This document shows, in pieces, positions 25,155-38,035 of a stretch of 52,691 bases of DNA (position 1 is its first letter; every line of letters starts with the position of its first letter). The notes beneath the pieces are model-generated. The model saw only the letters and a program-made list of their open reading frames with translations. It made no database searches and was not told the DNA's origin. The DNA lies in contig NC_068984.1 of NCBI RefSeq assembly GCF_001194135.2, forward strand, positions 131,836,833 through 131,889,523, written 5' to 3'. This DNA is from Octopus bimaculoides. Taxonomy: Eukaryota. Position numbers and translations under genes: made by a program.

Positions 25155-25400
25155 TTAACCATTTAGCATTTAAACTGGCCATATCTGGCCAAAATATTCT
25201 ACCTGTTTTTTTTTTTTGTTTTTTTTTTTATTCAAATCATCCAGATCCAACCTCTCATACTTACTATACAATGTCATTCTAAACATAAACAATCACATCA
25301 TCAAAATCTCAGTTATAAGATGATGTGTGACTAATCCAAAATAATGTAAATTAATAACCATTACATTTGACAGAGTAATCTCAATGCTAAAGAATTTTAA
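25155..25400 (+). mobile_element. piggyBac-type MITE M1
   Basis: TTAAccatttagcatttaaactggcc...gtaatctcaatgctaaagaattTTAA. Confidence 0.85.
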
Positions 25401-26039
25401 ACATGATAAAATGAAGCTTAGTGTTACCAAAAATATGTGAATAATAAATATAGTTAATTAATAAAAACAGTAACACTACCAGGACATTATTGTGAAGCTA
25501 ATTATATACGATAATTAATAATAATAATAAATGTGCAATTAATATATGCAATAATAATCAAATCAACTACTAGATGAGCAATCATAGACAATGCTAATAA
25601 TGTTAAGTATGAAGTGAATTAATTTGTAGCAACATCAGTAATAATTAACTGAACTTTTCTTGTATGATCTAAGTCTTTTTCGATGTGTGTGTGTTGAAAG
25701 AAAGAAGGAATATGGAGTAAGGGAAATAGTTCTGGATGGGAGAAAAGCGATAGAAACACATAAGTATACTGTTGCATTTGCCTGGCATTGCTCAGTGTAC
25801 ATGTGTGTGTGTGTATAACTTCAGGCTGCTTTTAGGAGACTGTGTTTAGTTGTTTCAAAGCTCATAACTAAGGTAAATGAAAAGATAGAAGCACGAAACT
25901 TTGTTTGCTTATTTATCATAACATAAGGAAAGATGTTACTCAATATGTCTACCACCAGCAGCTATAATCGATTACAGATGGCAGATGGCTGGGTCATACC
26001 CTCATTACCTCATCCAGATTGTTAGATCTGAATGCCTCT

Positions 26040-26560
26040 CCTAAAGGTACTCTTCAGAGTACCAGTGCTGCTGTGAGGTGTTATATTAGGCTTGTCCTCA
26101 GTGAATCCCACCCATTCACACACATTCAAAAGTCACACGATTTCAGATCTTGTAGATTGAAAGGCCAGACCTCTTTGAAAACGGACTGGAATTTTTTTCT
26201 TTCAAATTATTCCGCTCGAGTTTTGAAACCTGTGCTAGTGCAGTGCAGTCTATGAGAAACATAACCTCGTTCAGGCTATGTTTGGTAATCCATGGCATAA
26301 AACTTTAATCAAAAATGTTCAAACACTCAGTTGTATTGATGTGAAAAATGCTTCGATGAAATGAGGTGGCTTCACATGCTTGTTGCTCGCAATAGCTCCA
26401 AACTTCATCACCAGGGCCAGATTCTCTTTTTGCACAGTAGGAACTTCAGAAAGTTTGAAAGAAGTAACCCACAGTTGTGGTGGTGATTTCTGGTTGACAA
26501 ATTCTTTCTCTCTCATCAATTTGTTTTTTTCCTTTTTGTTAGCTGGTGTTTTGATCTGCT
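26040..26560 (-). mobile_element. Second, older Tc1/mariner (DD37D-like) transposase relic
   Basis: Minus-strand remnants VMKFGAIASNKHVKPPHFIEA, MPWITKH..MFLID and KEVWPFNLQDLKSCDF*, corresponding to VMVFG..S.G.VMPP, LPW, QD and WPPNSPDLNP.D. Confidence 0.7.
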
Positions 26561-26697
26561 ATAACAGATGATTTTAAACCAGCTAGAAAGGTGCAAACAT
26601 GCTTGCAGTCACTGCAAGTATTGTGAAGTGAACAGAACATTTGTAGTATTAGCATGAGAGTATGATAAAGTATTGCCTTTCTATGCTCAGTATAAGT

Positions 26698-26995
26698 GGA
26701 GGCGCAATGGCCCAGTGGTTAGGGCAGCGGACTCGCGGTTTTGATTCCCAGACCAGGCGTTGAGTGTTTATTGAGCGAAAACACCTAAAGCTCCATGAGG
26801 CTCCAGCAGGGGCAGTGGCGACCCCTGTTGCACTCTTTTGCCTCAACTTTCTCTCACTCTTTCTTCCTGTTTCTTGAGTTACATTGCGATGGACTGGCGT
26901 CCCATCCAACTGGGGGGGAACATATATGCCATAGAAACTGGGAAACCAGGCCTATGAGCCTGGTTAAGCTTTAGAAGGGTGTATAAATTTAAAAA
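26698..26995 (+). mobile_element. tRNA-derived SINE with V-domain-like core (family D), near full length, with TSD
   Basis: A-box tggcccagtggtt, B-box-like ggttttgattccc, V-like tgcgatggactggcgtcccatcca. ATGCTCAGTAT is duplicated at 26683-26693 and 26996-27006. Confidence 0.8.
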
Positions 26996-27382
26996 ATGCT
27001 CAGTATGAACAATGACATCGCAAAGACCACACCTGGTATTGTTATTTTCAGCAATAACATTTCACTGCAACGATTCCGTAAACACTAGTGCAATCTGTTG
27101 CAGTGTTTAATAAAAGAAACTTGTTGCTAATACTTTAGTCGTGTCACATGCAAAACATTAACTCCTTATTTACAATACATGTTTATCAATACATAACATT
27201 TTAAAAATTGTCCCATAATTTAAAGTAGCTGCATATTTTTTTTCATAATTAAAATATCTTTGGCCATTTAGACTAGTTAGTGCTATTGTGTTTAAGGAAA
27301 GTATTTATATAGTAAAGGTAAGGCTTAAATACATAGACAAACAGGTTCCCACACCATCCAACAAAAATATTTTTCTTACCTG

Positions 27383-27534
27383 TGGTTGGCGTTAGGAAGG
27401 GCATCCAGCTGTAGAAACTCTGCCAAATCAGATTGGAGCCTGGTGTAGCCTTCTGGTTTCACCAGTCCTCAGTCAAATCGTCCAACCCATGCTAGCATGG
27501 AAAGCAGACGTTAAACGATGATGATGATGATGAT
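27383..27534 (+). mobile_element. RTE 3'-tail fragment (family C) ending in (GAT)n; low divergence
   Basis: tggttggcgttaggaagggcatccagctgtagaaac...acccatgctagcatggaaagcagacgttaaacgatgatgatgatgatgat. Confidence 0.85.
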
Positions 27535-27809
27535 TTCAACAACAATAACCCACAAATATGGGGTTCGCTTCTTAAACTTCAAAGAAATTTTTGAAGTTTT
27601 AAGTGCCAAGATTCTGAACAACGACTTTTCTTTGTCAATTATATAATTCCTCACATTCTACAAATGACTATCTTCTCCTACATTCACATTTCTGACTTCT
27701 TTCCTCTATGTCAGTTATTTCATCCATATTGAATTTTCATTCCCCATATTCTGTTTTAATTCTTCTAAATGTTTATTTTTAAATACACAGAAACAATGAC
27801 GTAATTTTG

Positions 27810-28190
27810 TTATTTCTTATCTCTTCCTGGTTCTTGCTCTTCTACATATTCCATCCACTTGAAATTCTCAGTACTTTTTATAACTGACATCTTTCATATA
27901 TATCATATGCCTGTACAAGTCTTTTATGTACATTACATCTGACTCCTCTTGTATCCAATTTTTCTCTCCGTTTATATGTGCTCTGGCAATCATACATAGT
28001 GATATTATGCATCCAGCAGAACAGGTTCAGCTTGTTTCTTTCTTGTAGTCGCATATCATTACTGAAGTTCCGCATTTTGCTACCATGCAGAATTGCTCTT
28101 AGTACTCATACAATCTTCTCTTCACTCTGAGAGCAAAATCTTTTGTTGCCAGCAGAGGTAACATCTCTCTGAATTTTTTCCACTTAAATC
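27810..28190 (-). mobile_element. RTE-type LINE, C-terminal RT segment
   Basis: KFREMLPLLATKDFALRVKRRLYE..DMRLQERNKLNLFCWMHNITMYDCQSTYKRREKLDTRGVRCNVHKRL..QVDGICRRARTRKR. Confidence 0.8.
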
Positions 28191-28530
28191 TTAGCTTGGT
28201 AACTGGTTTAAAAGAGCCGTGCAAACCATGTGCATAGATGCCACAATCAAAATTAGAATTAAAAATGAATTTAACAAAGAATTTAGCATACAGTTTTGTG
28301 TAGGTCAGAGTTTGGTTCTCACCCCTCTTACTACATTCCTCCAGGTCATAACAGAAGTTTAGGACTAGCTGCCTGAAAGAAACTACTTGAAGGTGCTGAC
28401 CTAGTTCTTACAGCTAAATCAATATCTAGAGTCAAAAGGTGTTCTATGAATACAGAAGATGTGAAGTAGGATCTCAGAAGTGGTTAGCAGTGCAAGTACA
28501 TGTGAAATAGATTCCTCCAGAAGGCTCTCA
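28191..28530 (+). mobile_element. RTE-type LINE, central RT segment, inverted relative to the adjacent piece
   Basis: WFKRAVQTMCIDATIKIRIKNEFNKEFSIQ..QSLVLTPL..GADLVLTAKS, corresponding to the QGSVLSPLLF and YADDLVL region. Confidence 0.75.
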
Positions 28531-28746
28531 TTTGATATCTCTTTATTACATAAGTGACCTAATTAGTAGAGGAGGTGGATTTTCTAAAAGCATAGTTGCC
28601 AATATAAGAATTGGGATAATTTACTCTTGTGGGTTTCTGAATGTTCCCTTCTAGGCAAAGGTTCTAATCTTTATTTACCAACAAACTGAGTTTGATCTTC
28701 ATTTTCATACCATGTGTTGTCCTAAGTCAAGCAATACAGTGATGGC

Positions 28747-28987
28747 TTAACCCTTTTGTTACCATATTTCTGTTGAGATGCTCTGTGTTTCTTCAATTAA
28801 TTTTAAATGTAACAAAGAAGTTAGTAAAATAACTTGGTTACCATTAAGCTAGTGTTAGGAACATAAATTGTGACTAAGGTGGAAGATTTGGTTTAGTGGA
28901 AGATTTTAATTCAGAACTTTTGAAAACAAGACATTTGTATTACAGAGTCAGAGGCGGTTTCAGGCAGGTTGGTATTGGAAGGGTTAA
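28747..28987 (-). mobile_element. piggyBac-type MITE, family M2
   Basis: TTAAccctt...aagggTTAA termini; reverse complement of the copies at 33024 and 37116. Confidence 0.85.
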
Positions 28988-29109
28988 ACAGTGCTGCTCT
29001 ACATGGTCTCATGACTTGTGTCTGTAGCAGTGTTACAATTTGGATGTATTTAATTCTTTTTATAAAGCTTTTAAAATGATTTAGTGTCACTGTTGATAAA
29101 CTCCACATG

Positions 29110-30320
29110 CTTCAGTAGCTTCAAATGCATAGTGACCTCACAGTCAAACTAGCCAACAATGGTAGTGTTGTAGTTGCTTAGCAGACTGCCCTTTACCAGA
29201 AGAATATCCTGTCAGCTTAGCAATATAGATTACCTAAAGATCACACACTTCAAAATCCAGAAACTGCTATCTTATAAAAGTACTGGTTTTGAAGTGTGTG
29301 ATCTCTTTCTCTGCATTCCCTTCCACTGTAGCTAACCCTCACCATCAGTGTAAGTCCTACTTCTACAATCTATTTTCTCCCTAAGTTGCACAAACCAACC
29401 ATCCAGGTCACTTCATCTCTGCCTATAGTTAATTGTCCCACTGAACTTTCTTCTTTCTGTAGTGATAAACTCCTATCAACCTTTGCTCTCACCAAGTATA
29501 CCAATCATGCCCTTAACTTTTGTAACTCCTCTTTCTACCCCACTAGACCTGTGCAACTCTTATTCACCATAGGTATAAAATCCTTGTACACTTTCATCCC
29601 CAGTGATAAAGAGCTCTTAAGTATTTCTTTTCCTCTACCCTTTACTTGGACCCAGCTCCACTTTTCTCTGATAAGTATTAAACAACAAACTACCAGGGGT
29701 GGCCATGGAGATTAAGATACTCTTAATTACACCAACCTTTTCGAGGTTCAGATCTTTGTTCATTTTATTGGATCTGCCCTTGAATTCTACACTTGTTAAG
29801 TAGTGACTGTAATGGCACCATTGCTTCAGCCAGAAACAAAATCTTTGCCTTCATTTGTTTCATCAACTATTTCCATCCATCTTTATAATTTTACCCTTAC
29901 CATTTCCAATACTTTTGTTCCCTATAAAAATACTGATTCACATTCCTACCTTGACTTTTATTTCTTTCATCCTTCTCACACAAGGACCACTGCCCTTTTT
30001 GTCACAGTTTTTATGACTCCTTTGGATTTGTTGTAAAAACTTGGATTTTCTTTTCATGTCTAAGGAAATGCACCATATTTTCCTTGCATAAGGTTACCCT
30101 GTATCATTAGTGAACTCAAATCTTCAGGTTCTTAACAGAAACTCTTTTATCCTAAGGAGTTTTACTTTTCTACAGCTCTTTACATGTCTACACTTGCCTC
30201 TGCAACTGTCATTTCCTTTCCTCTGGACCCTCTTACTATCATTATCTTTGCTAATCCTCTCCTTTAAAAGGGACAAAAATATGTGTAACCTTTAAAACAT
30301 TAAGCTTCTCTTGTAACCAA
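29110..30320 (+). mobile_element. Penelope-like element, decayed reverse-transcriptase region
   Basis: Collinear PLE RT remnants: KLANNGSVVVA (KPADKG.AVVV), YFLPKLHKP, NCPTEL, YTNHAL, LLFTIGIKSLYTFIP, GVAMEIK, YKNTDSHSYLDF..FHPSHT, GYP. Confidence 0.85.
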
Positions 30321-30778
30321 GCACTTTCAAATGCTTCCATTCTGTTTACTACACCTTTTTCATCATCAAAAGTATGTATATAATTGGCCCCCAAGTTTCG
30401 ATTTTAGCATTTAGTGGCAGAAAGTGAATCTTATTTGTAATGAAATGTTTGTTGAAAACCTAGAAAGAGAAAGGCAGTTTATATGTAATTATGGGTATAA
30501 ACTATTTGATATTGCTGTTATGATAATTTATTGAACTCAAAGGTATATGTGTCACTATGTGGGCGTGTCCAGCTAAGCATACATATTTCAAAATGTACAG
30601 ATATTGTCTGAGAGATGTTCCACTCCTTTTTATACATCTCCAATAATTTTGGTCAAAATTCATTGAGAAATTGTAAGGTTGTTTCAGGATGTATGTAGTT
30701 TATGCACATGTCTGTATGTGTGCATATTTAAATAACAAATATTTACGCATCAACATAGCATATATACAGTAGATGTAT

Positions 30779-31098
30779 TCTTTTATTAGTTTGTCATTTG
30801 ACTGTGGCCATACTGGTGTACTGCCTTTTTAGTTGAACAAATCGATTCCAGAACTTATTCTTTGTTAGCTTATCTATCGGTCCCCTTTGCCAAACCACTA
30901 AGTCACAGGGGCATAAACACACCAACATCGGTTGTCAAGCGATGGTAGGGAGGACACACACACATATATGACAGGCTTTCAGTTTCTGTCTACCAAATTC
31001 CCTCACAAGGCTTTGGTTGGCCCTGAGGCTATAGCAGAAGAGACTGAACCCAGAACCAAGTGGTTGGGAAGCAAACTACTTACCACACAGCCACTCCT
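30779..31098 (-). mobile_element. SINE family A, near full length
   Basis: Tail gactgtggccatactgg, core tttcagtttctgtctaccaaa, head accacacagccactcct. Confidence 0.9.
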
Positions 31099-31478
31099 TT
31101 TCCAAAACTTTCAATGTGAAAAGGTAAACAATGTAACTACATTTGAATGTTCTCTCTGCTCACAGAAAAATAATTGGGATTGTTTTTATGAGTTGTTTCA
31201 TAGATCATCAGTGGGGACATACCCTGATGTTTTGTCAACCATGAGAATTACTCTTCTAATGGTTAAATAATCTTGCGAGCAATTACAGTATGAAGATACA
31301 TATTAGCCGTTCAAAGACACACAAAAACTTTTATTTTCACTTAAACATTTATTATTCGGTGTCAAAAATTTTTTTTTCACTCACTGTGGCCTGGTTGCTG
31401 CTACAGTTCCACTACACTTACTTTCAACACAATCTCAGATCAAATCAGTAGCCAGACTTGTTCATCTCTGAAAAATCC

Positions 31479-31696
31479 TTGCCATTTAGCATTCAGATTA
31501 CTCTGTTATATGTAATGCTTATTTATTCACATTGTTTTCGAATTAATCATGCTTTATCTCAAAGCTTCAAAATGATGTGATTGTTTATTTTTAGAATGAC
31601 ATTGTAGGGTAAGTGTGAGAGATGAGAGCTAGTTGGTTTGAACATAAAACAGAATATTTGGAGCTTACATGGCCAGTTTAAATGCAAAAAGGTTAA
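31479..31696 (-). mobile_element. piggyBac-type MITE M1
   Basis: ccatttagcattcagattactctg...ggccagtttaaatgcaaaaaggTTAA. Confidence 0.85.
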
Positions 31697-33023
31697 AGAT
31701 AATCCCAATAATCTTTCTCTGTACAAAAACTACATTCAAATGTACTTATTTATATTTTTCACAGTAAGTCTAAAGAAATGCAGATATGTCTACATGTTAT
31801 GCATGCATGCACACACACACACACAGAGGTCGACCTCCTGCTTTCTAGCTGATGATGATGATGATGATATGATACCTCTTTTAATTGTGACATAATTATG
31901 TGAGGACACTTAAATTTCCAGCAACCAATTAGCTTTTTTCACCGCCAAATCTTCTTGACACACATTTCTTTAATCACTAGTGACGTATCATGGACCAGAA
32001 ACACTCTCCCTACATCTGACTATAATAGTATGGAGAGGCAAAATTTTAAAACTAAATCTAATCCTTTTAGGACCTTCTCTTTTAGTGAAGAGCAAATTAT
32101 TTGATAACTTACTAAGCATGAAAGAGGAAAAGGTAAATCTATGCCCTTTAGTTATGTTTGAAGAGAGGCATTAGATTTTGTTTGAAACATTTACACCTTC
32201 ACCTTATAGTTGAATGGCTGGAAGAGTGTTTCTAGCAAAAAAGTTCTTAATAATGTGAAAGCAACCTGCTAGGAATTTACTCCAAATTACCACTACTTCT
32301 ACTACTTGCTTTTTTTTAATCCTGCAAAACAGATAATCCAGCAAAGGTCTGAAACCAAGAGTGCTGAAAAATTAATGGCGTACCTGTATAATGTGTGTGT
32401 TTGTGTTGTTGATATTGCACCGTCTAACTATTCTATTTTTATAACTGCAACCCTTTCTCCACTCTGCTAGCTCTTATCATAGACTGCTAAACTTTTCTGT
32501 GTAATTTTGTTTTTAAACAATTCTGACAACATCTAACAATTTCACTTCCTACAGCCCACCAACTACTTAATTCTTTTACCAATTCTGTTATCAGTTCATT
32601 GTTTTAACCATTCTTGTCAGCTCCTCCCCTCTTTACAGGTTAGGATTATTGGTTATCAATGTATATGTCCCTTTGTTCCTCATCTCCCACCTCATTTGGC
32701 TGGTCCTTACCATTTTAATTAATCTGTATCTCTCTGCTACTATTTTGATCACTCGTACAATTTCCACATGTTCTCACATCTCTTTTACTACTTACACCAG
32801 CTCGATCTTCTCTCTCTCCTTTTCATTCCTCAATATCAAAAACCTTCATTTTTTTTTCTCCCTCTCCAAAGAAAGATAAATATCCAAAACATGAAAGCCT
32901 CTCATCATGTATAAATGATATTCCACTGTTTGAACTATTTTGTATTACTTTTTGCTGAGGCAGAACATCACTAGTTTCTTCCAGTTCTACTTTATTACTT
33001 GGGATTAGTCAGTAATACTAGAG

Positions 33024-33237
33024 TTAATCTTTCAATATCAGCCCATCTGAGATTGCCCCTAGTTCTGTGGTACAAATTCCCTATTTTAAAGTGATCCAAT
33101 TAAAATTACATGTTAATTTTATTTTCCAAACATCAGATTAATAATGACAAAGTTATTTCAATAAATTCATTGTTTTCAAAACTTACTGAAAGAAAGGCAG
33201 TCTATTTTAACAGAAATATGGTAACAAATGAGTTTAA
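33024..33237 (+). mobile_element. piggyBac-type MITE M2
   Basis: TTAAtctttcaatatc...aacagaaatatggtaacaaatgagtTTAA. Confidence 0.75.
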
Positions 33238-33748
33238 AAGGATCTAATTCCAGTAATAATAAAATATCAAATATTTCATAGATAATTCCACTCATTATTA
33301 ATAACAATTCTTTCATTTGTGCCTGAGTTGTGTGTTCTTTGCTACCCAGTTTTTATTGTATCCAAATTTACAATAATACCATGGTTGGGTGCGAAATTAC
33401 TGCAGTGTTGCCCTTTACATGTTAACTTGTATGGTATGGTATGGTATAGTTGTTTAATAAACGAAGAAAAACGCCAGCAGCACAACTAGAAAGAAAGCTT
33501 GATTTCAGATAGTTGCTGCTACTGCTGCTGTTTGTAGAGCCAGCTGATAATGAATCACATCCCTAATGGTGCCCTTCCAAATACAAGAATCACATTCTAT
33601 GAATATAACACAAACTTTTTTTTTGCAGTAGGAAGGAGTTGTTTTTTGGCAGCAACTAAGTTTACACACACGTGTGCGTGCACGTTTACCACACATACAG
33701 AGGAGAGGAAGCATTTTTCTTTTTCTTTTTTTTTTTAATCTTCACCAG

Positions 33749-33793
33749 AAATACAGCAATTCAAAAATAGCTCACTAGTATTTGTGCAAGCAG
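33749..33793 (+). other. Candidate 45-nt non-coding leader exon
   Basis: Long poly-T tract then caccag|aaatac, and donor gcag|gtatat. Contains no ATG. Confidence 0.3.
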
Positions 33794-33997
33794 GTATATA
33801 ATATGGCTTTTATTATTAACCAACATTAACACTTTAGTTATTAATGAAAATAATCATAAAATTTTTGTTTTGCTTCACATTTTGCCGTTTTAAGGGGAAT
33901 TAAGCCATTTTACTATGGTTTTATGCTATTTTTATAATATTATTTATAGGCAAGGATTGTCTATAATTAAATTCCTTCATTCACATACAACTATATA

Positions 33998-34460
33998 TAT
34001 ATTCTTTACTTGTTTCAGTCATTGGACTGCAGCCATTCTGGGTCACCACTTTGAAGGGTTTCTTAGAAATTCAGTTCAACCTCAATATATATTTTCTAAG
34101 TCTGGCACTTATTGAAGCACCAGAATGCAAATTTATAGTTAAATAAACCTACACTTGTATGTATGTATGTAATTATGCATGTGTGTATACATACACATAT
34201 ATATGTGTGTGTGTATTCACACACACACACACACATGACATTGGAGCTCAATGCAGTCCTCTGGCCAGTCAGATCTTATCAAGCCCAGGTCAGCTTAGAG
34301 CATGGATGTTAAATGATGATATATTGGGTTTCTGAACAGTTTCCATTACCATATTCACTCATGCGGTATTGGTTGACCTAAAACTATTGTAGGAGATACC
34401 TTCCCAAGGTGCTGCTGGGACCATGCAACTACAGAGCAAACTTCTTGGCCACATGGTCTT
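33998..34460 (-). mobile_element. SINE family A tail (33998-34112) and head (34326-34460) fragments with an intervening microsatellite and a short family C tail
   Basis: ctttacttgtttcagtcattggactgcagcca; cagtttccattaccatattcactca..cccaaggtgc. Confidence 0.6.
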
Positions 34461-35353
34461 GCAGTGTTTATATTGCAAATAAAAAATAAAATAGAATGAT
34501 GAAACATTGAAATATACCCATCTTTCATCATTTTAGAGTCTCAAAAGTAGGATCACATGTGATGTAAATAAACATTTGTATGACTTTATATATTTATTCT
34601 GGGAATAATTTTTGTAAATTTGAAGACCACAATTGGTTCTGACTGACTGGTCATAAGTTGGTCTCTAGACCTATGTAGCTTTGTTTTATATTTGTACATT
34701 CTTAAGGTACATTCTCAGTTAAAAGTCACACCGCATTCTGTATTATACTATTGTGCTGGCGTTAGTCAAAAATATCAAAGTGTCAAGCAGTCGTCTTATA
34801 AACAAATACAAGGTTGCCCTGATGTGTCTGCAACAGGATAGTCATCCAACAGAGTAGCGATCAATAACCAAGCACAGGAAAAACATTTGTTAGCTGACAT
34901 CATCCGTAGACTGGTTAATTTCTAAGAAATTAACCCCAATAAATTTCAACTGGACTATCTATTATTGCTGCCGGGAGCTGGTACGGCAATCGACATAAAG
35001 TTGATGATGACCTGTATTACTTCAGTTATTTTTACTCCCCTGCTGCCTTTACTCAAGCTCTCCCTTTCATCAGCCATAATCTATCAACTCCTTTTCAGAC
35101 CCTCATATTTGCCATTACATTGAATCCCCCTTTCCCAGATCATCATCCATCTCAAATTTTCTCTTTGCACATTTTTCCTGCAGCATTTCAAGCAGAATGT
35201 TAACAGCATTGGGCTGGCTTGATTTGGAAACCTTGCACAAGGTATTGGCACGAACCCTTCTTCGAGAGCAATCCAATAATAAAACAAAAACCATAAGACA
35301 GCCATTCAGACAACTATTATAACTAAGCATACTAATGTCTATTAGTACATGAA

Positions 35354-35605
35354 CATCATCATCATCATCATCCACTTTTAGGTGCTCACAAGGGTCAGAC
35401 AATTTGAAGATTTTCCTCTCACCAACCCTCACTTGCTTCTAAGTGAAGTAATATTTCTCTATGACCAGACTTTTTTTTTTTGAAGATTGGAAATGAAGGA
35501 CACTGCTTAAGTCAAGACAAGGAGACAAAAAAAGGTTTCTTTCACTTTCTGTCTACCAGATCTACTCAAAAAGTTTTGGTTGGCTCAGGGTTATAGTAGA
35601 AGACC
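35354..35605 (-). mobile_element. Family C fragment (35354-35505) and family A fragment (35534-35605)
   Basis: (catcat)n..gggtcagac..accaaccctcacttgcttctaagtgaagtaatatt; ctttcactttctgtctacca..tatagtagaagac. Confidence 0.6.
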
Positions 35606-35788
35606 CTGATTAAAAATTGCTTATGCAGGTATTATAGTAGAAGAGGAATTAGGTAAAGTACAGAGTTGGCAAGTTTAGAGGGGCAGTATAAGACACGGTG
35701 GTTGCAGCCAAAGTGTGTTTGTGGTTGAGTATTGATTGATAACTAATGAAGTAATAGTCCAGAAGGTATGTGTATATATACACAGGAC

Positions 35789-35998
35789 CACATTGTAAAA
35801 TGGTTGGCATTTGGAATGGCATCTATCTGTGAAGACCATACTAAAAACGCATTGCCAGCATTGGTGCCATGTAAAAAGCACTCAGTTCACTCTGTAAGGT
35901 GGTTGGTGTTAGGAAGGGCCTCCAGCTATAAAAACCCTGTTAAACCGTCCAATCCATGCTAGCATGGAAAATGGACATTAAATGATGATGGTGATGAT
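35789..35998 (+). mobile_element. RTE 3'-tail fragment (family C) with duplicated head, ending in (GAT)n
   Basis: ggttggtgttaggaagggcctccagct..ccatgctagcatggaaaatggacattaaatgatgatg. Confidence 0.8.
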
Positions 35999-36484
35999 AA
36001 CCCTGATGAGGAGTATATCTATACCCTAGAGTGAGTATATTATTTATTCCTGAGACTAAATAGATTTTCTGGTCTTGCAGAGCAAGTCTTGTCCTAGGAG
36101 TGCCATTTTTGTTATAAACTACAGTGAAAGCTGATAAAATAGACTCGTTAATATGGTTTTAAATTGTGTGCTATTTCTGAGTTGAGGCAGTGTATGCTTT
36201 GATATATTTAATATTTATTCATGAAGGTTGTGTGTGGCTGTCAATGTATGGTAAATAATGCAGGAATTGTGCTATTTATATAAAACCATCATAGACTGTT
36301 GATTAATTAAATTTCTCTTTGAACACTTAAACATATTACTCTAACTGTCTGCCAGGTAATTTGTATCTTTGTATCACTGCTGATGGAATATTCAATACGC
36401 GTTCTACAAATCCTGCACTAAAATTAAATGCTCCATTTTTTTGGTGAGCTGGTACGTTTGGTTGCCTCAAAACACTTAGACAAA

Positions 36485-36612
36485 CATCATCATCATTTAA
36501 CATACACTTTTCCATGCTTGCATGGGTCAGATGGACTTAGTTGAGGCATATTTTCTACAGTTAGATGCCTTCTTGTTTCTAAGTACGGTAATATTTTCCC
36601 ATGGCTAGACAT
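36485..36612 (-). mobile_element. Family C fragment
   Basis: catcatcatcatttaac..tccatgcttgcatgggtcagatgg..ggtaatattttcccatggctagacat. Confidence 0.75.
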
Positions 36613-37115
36613 AGTGTTCTACTGAACCCAAGACCACACAACTACACCTGTACCTATACATCTCTGGAAAATATTTGTTTTTAAAAAAAATTGCTACAAA
36701 GGAAATTTTCACATTAATTTTAAAAAGGTTTGAATTTTGTGATGATTTGTTGATGTTTAGTCCAAGCTCAGCCATAATCATCTTATCTATCCAGTTTACA
36801 TTGTCCAGAATGTCCTTCCATTTTATAAAGCAGATGATTTGAGAGAGAGAGCTGGCTTCTACCTGAAAATATCAAGTTACCATATAAGAAGCTCCTTCAG
36901 TTGGCAGATTAGTATTCATAAAAATTGTAGGTAATATAGTGAAAAACAACCCATAAATTTGCTGCATGTTAAGTAATTTTTCCAATCACACAACCTTATT
37001 TTTATATATATCATTCAGTAAAACACAGGAGAGAAAGTGTAAATTTTAATAAATCCATAGCAAACTAAGCCTAAACACTTTGAATATCAAAAGTATGGCT
37101 ATTGCCAACATGGCT

Positions 37116-37290
37116 TTAACCTTTTTGATACTAACCTGTCTGAGACTGCTCCTGATTCTATGATACAACCTTGTTTTAAAGTGATCTAAGTTAAAGTCTC
37201 ATGCCAAAATTTCATGTTAATTGATGTTCCAAACACTAGCTTAGTAATCACCATTTGTATTCAACAGAAATATGGTAACAAAATATTTAA
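37116..37290 (+). mobile_element. piggyBac-type MITE M2 (internal deletion)
   Basis: TTAAcctttttgatac...tcaacagaaatatggtaacaaaatatTTAA. Confidence 0.75.
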
Positions 37291-37372
37291 TCATTTATCT
37301 GCTGAAAACCTGGTTTTGGCAATAATTATATAAAGATAAAAAAAAATTTTTAATGCATAGAGTTACTAAGTT

Positions 37373-37592
37373 TTAACCCTTTAGCATTCAGATTACCTTA
37401 TTTAGTATTCATTCACATTGTTTTAAATTGATCATGCATTATCTCATGGCTTCTAGATTTTGATGATGTGATTGTTTATCTTTAGAATGACATTGTATGG
37501 TCGGTATGTGAAGCCAGATTTAGCTGGTTTGAACATAAAACAGGTACAACATTTTGGTTGGAGGTGGCCAATTTAAATGCTAATTGGTTTAA
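37373..37592 (-). mobile_element. piggyBac-type MITE M1
   Basis: TTAAccctttagcattcag...aatttaaatgctaattggtTTAA. Confidence 0.85.
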
Positions 37593-37859
37593 ACATCATT
37601 TGAGGGGTAGGAAATGAAAATGGCTTTTTTGTAAGAATCTTAATTGTAGCCAGCAGATCTAATTGGAGACCATACCTCTATGATATAATAGGATGGAATC
37701 TAAGTGACAAAACCTAATCGATATAGAAGCAGTAAAATTTTTAAAAAACCTCCACACTAATAGCTTTGCTTCCAAACTTATTTTGTCTTGGAGCCTTCTA
37801 ACCACATAACTTGTAATATTTTGAAAATGGTAAATATTTTATGAATTCGTGTTGCAAGA

Positions 37860-38035
37860 ACACCTGTTGTCAAGTTGTGAGGAGGTGGGGGACGACACAA
37901 AGACACACGTACATATAGTGGGCTTCCACATAGTTTTCATCTACCAAATTCACTCACAGAGCTATAGTAAAAGATGCCTAACTTGATGCACTGTAGAACT
38001 GAACCCAAAACCATGGGGTTGCCAAGCAAACTCCT
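37860..38035 (-). mobile_element. SINE family A, decayed
   Basis: ttgtcaag..gggggacgacaca..ttttcatctaccaaattcactcaca..actgaacccaaaaccatg. Confidence 0.7.

Noticed and set aside
26698-26760. tRNA-like A and B boxes (also in SINE A and B heads)
   Set aside because: No complete cloverleaf; they are SINE heads followed by SINE bodies.
32430-32870. Pyrimidine-rich stretch with faint Penelope-like remnants and a cag|gttagg acceptor/donor overlap at 32638
   Set aside because: The motifs are too eroded to support a call, and the splice-like site is explained by the composition.
35084-35432. Minus-strand ORFs of 73 and 105 aa
   Set aside because: They are built from a (GAT)n-tailed repeat and probable LINE debris, with no coherent protein motif.
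36001-36030. CUGAUGAG followed by a small hairpin
   Set aside because: No GAAA follows the stem; at most a dead remnant.
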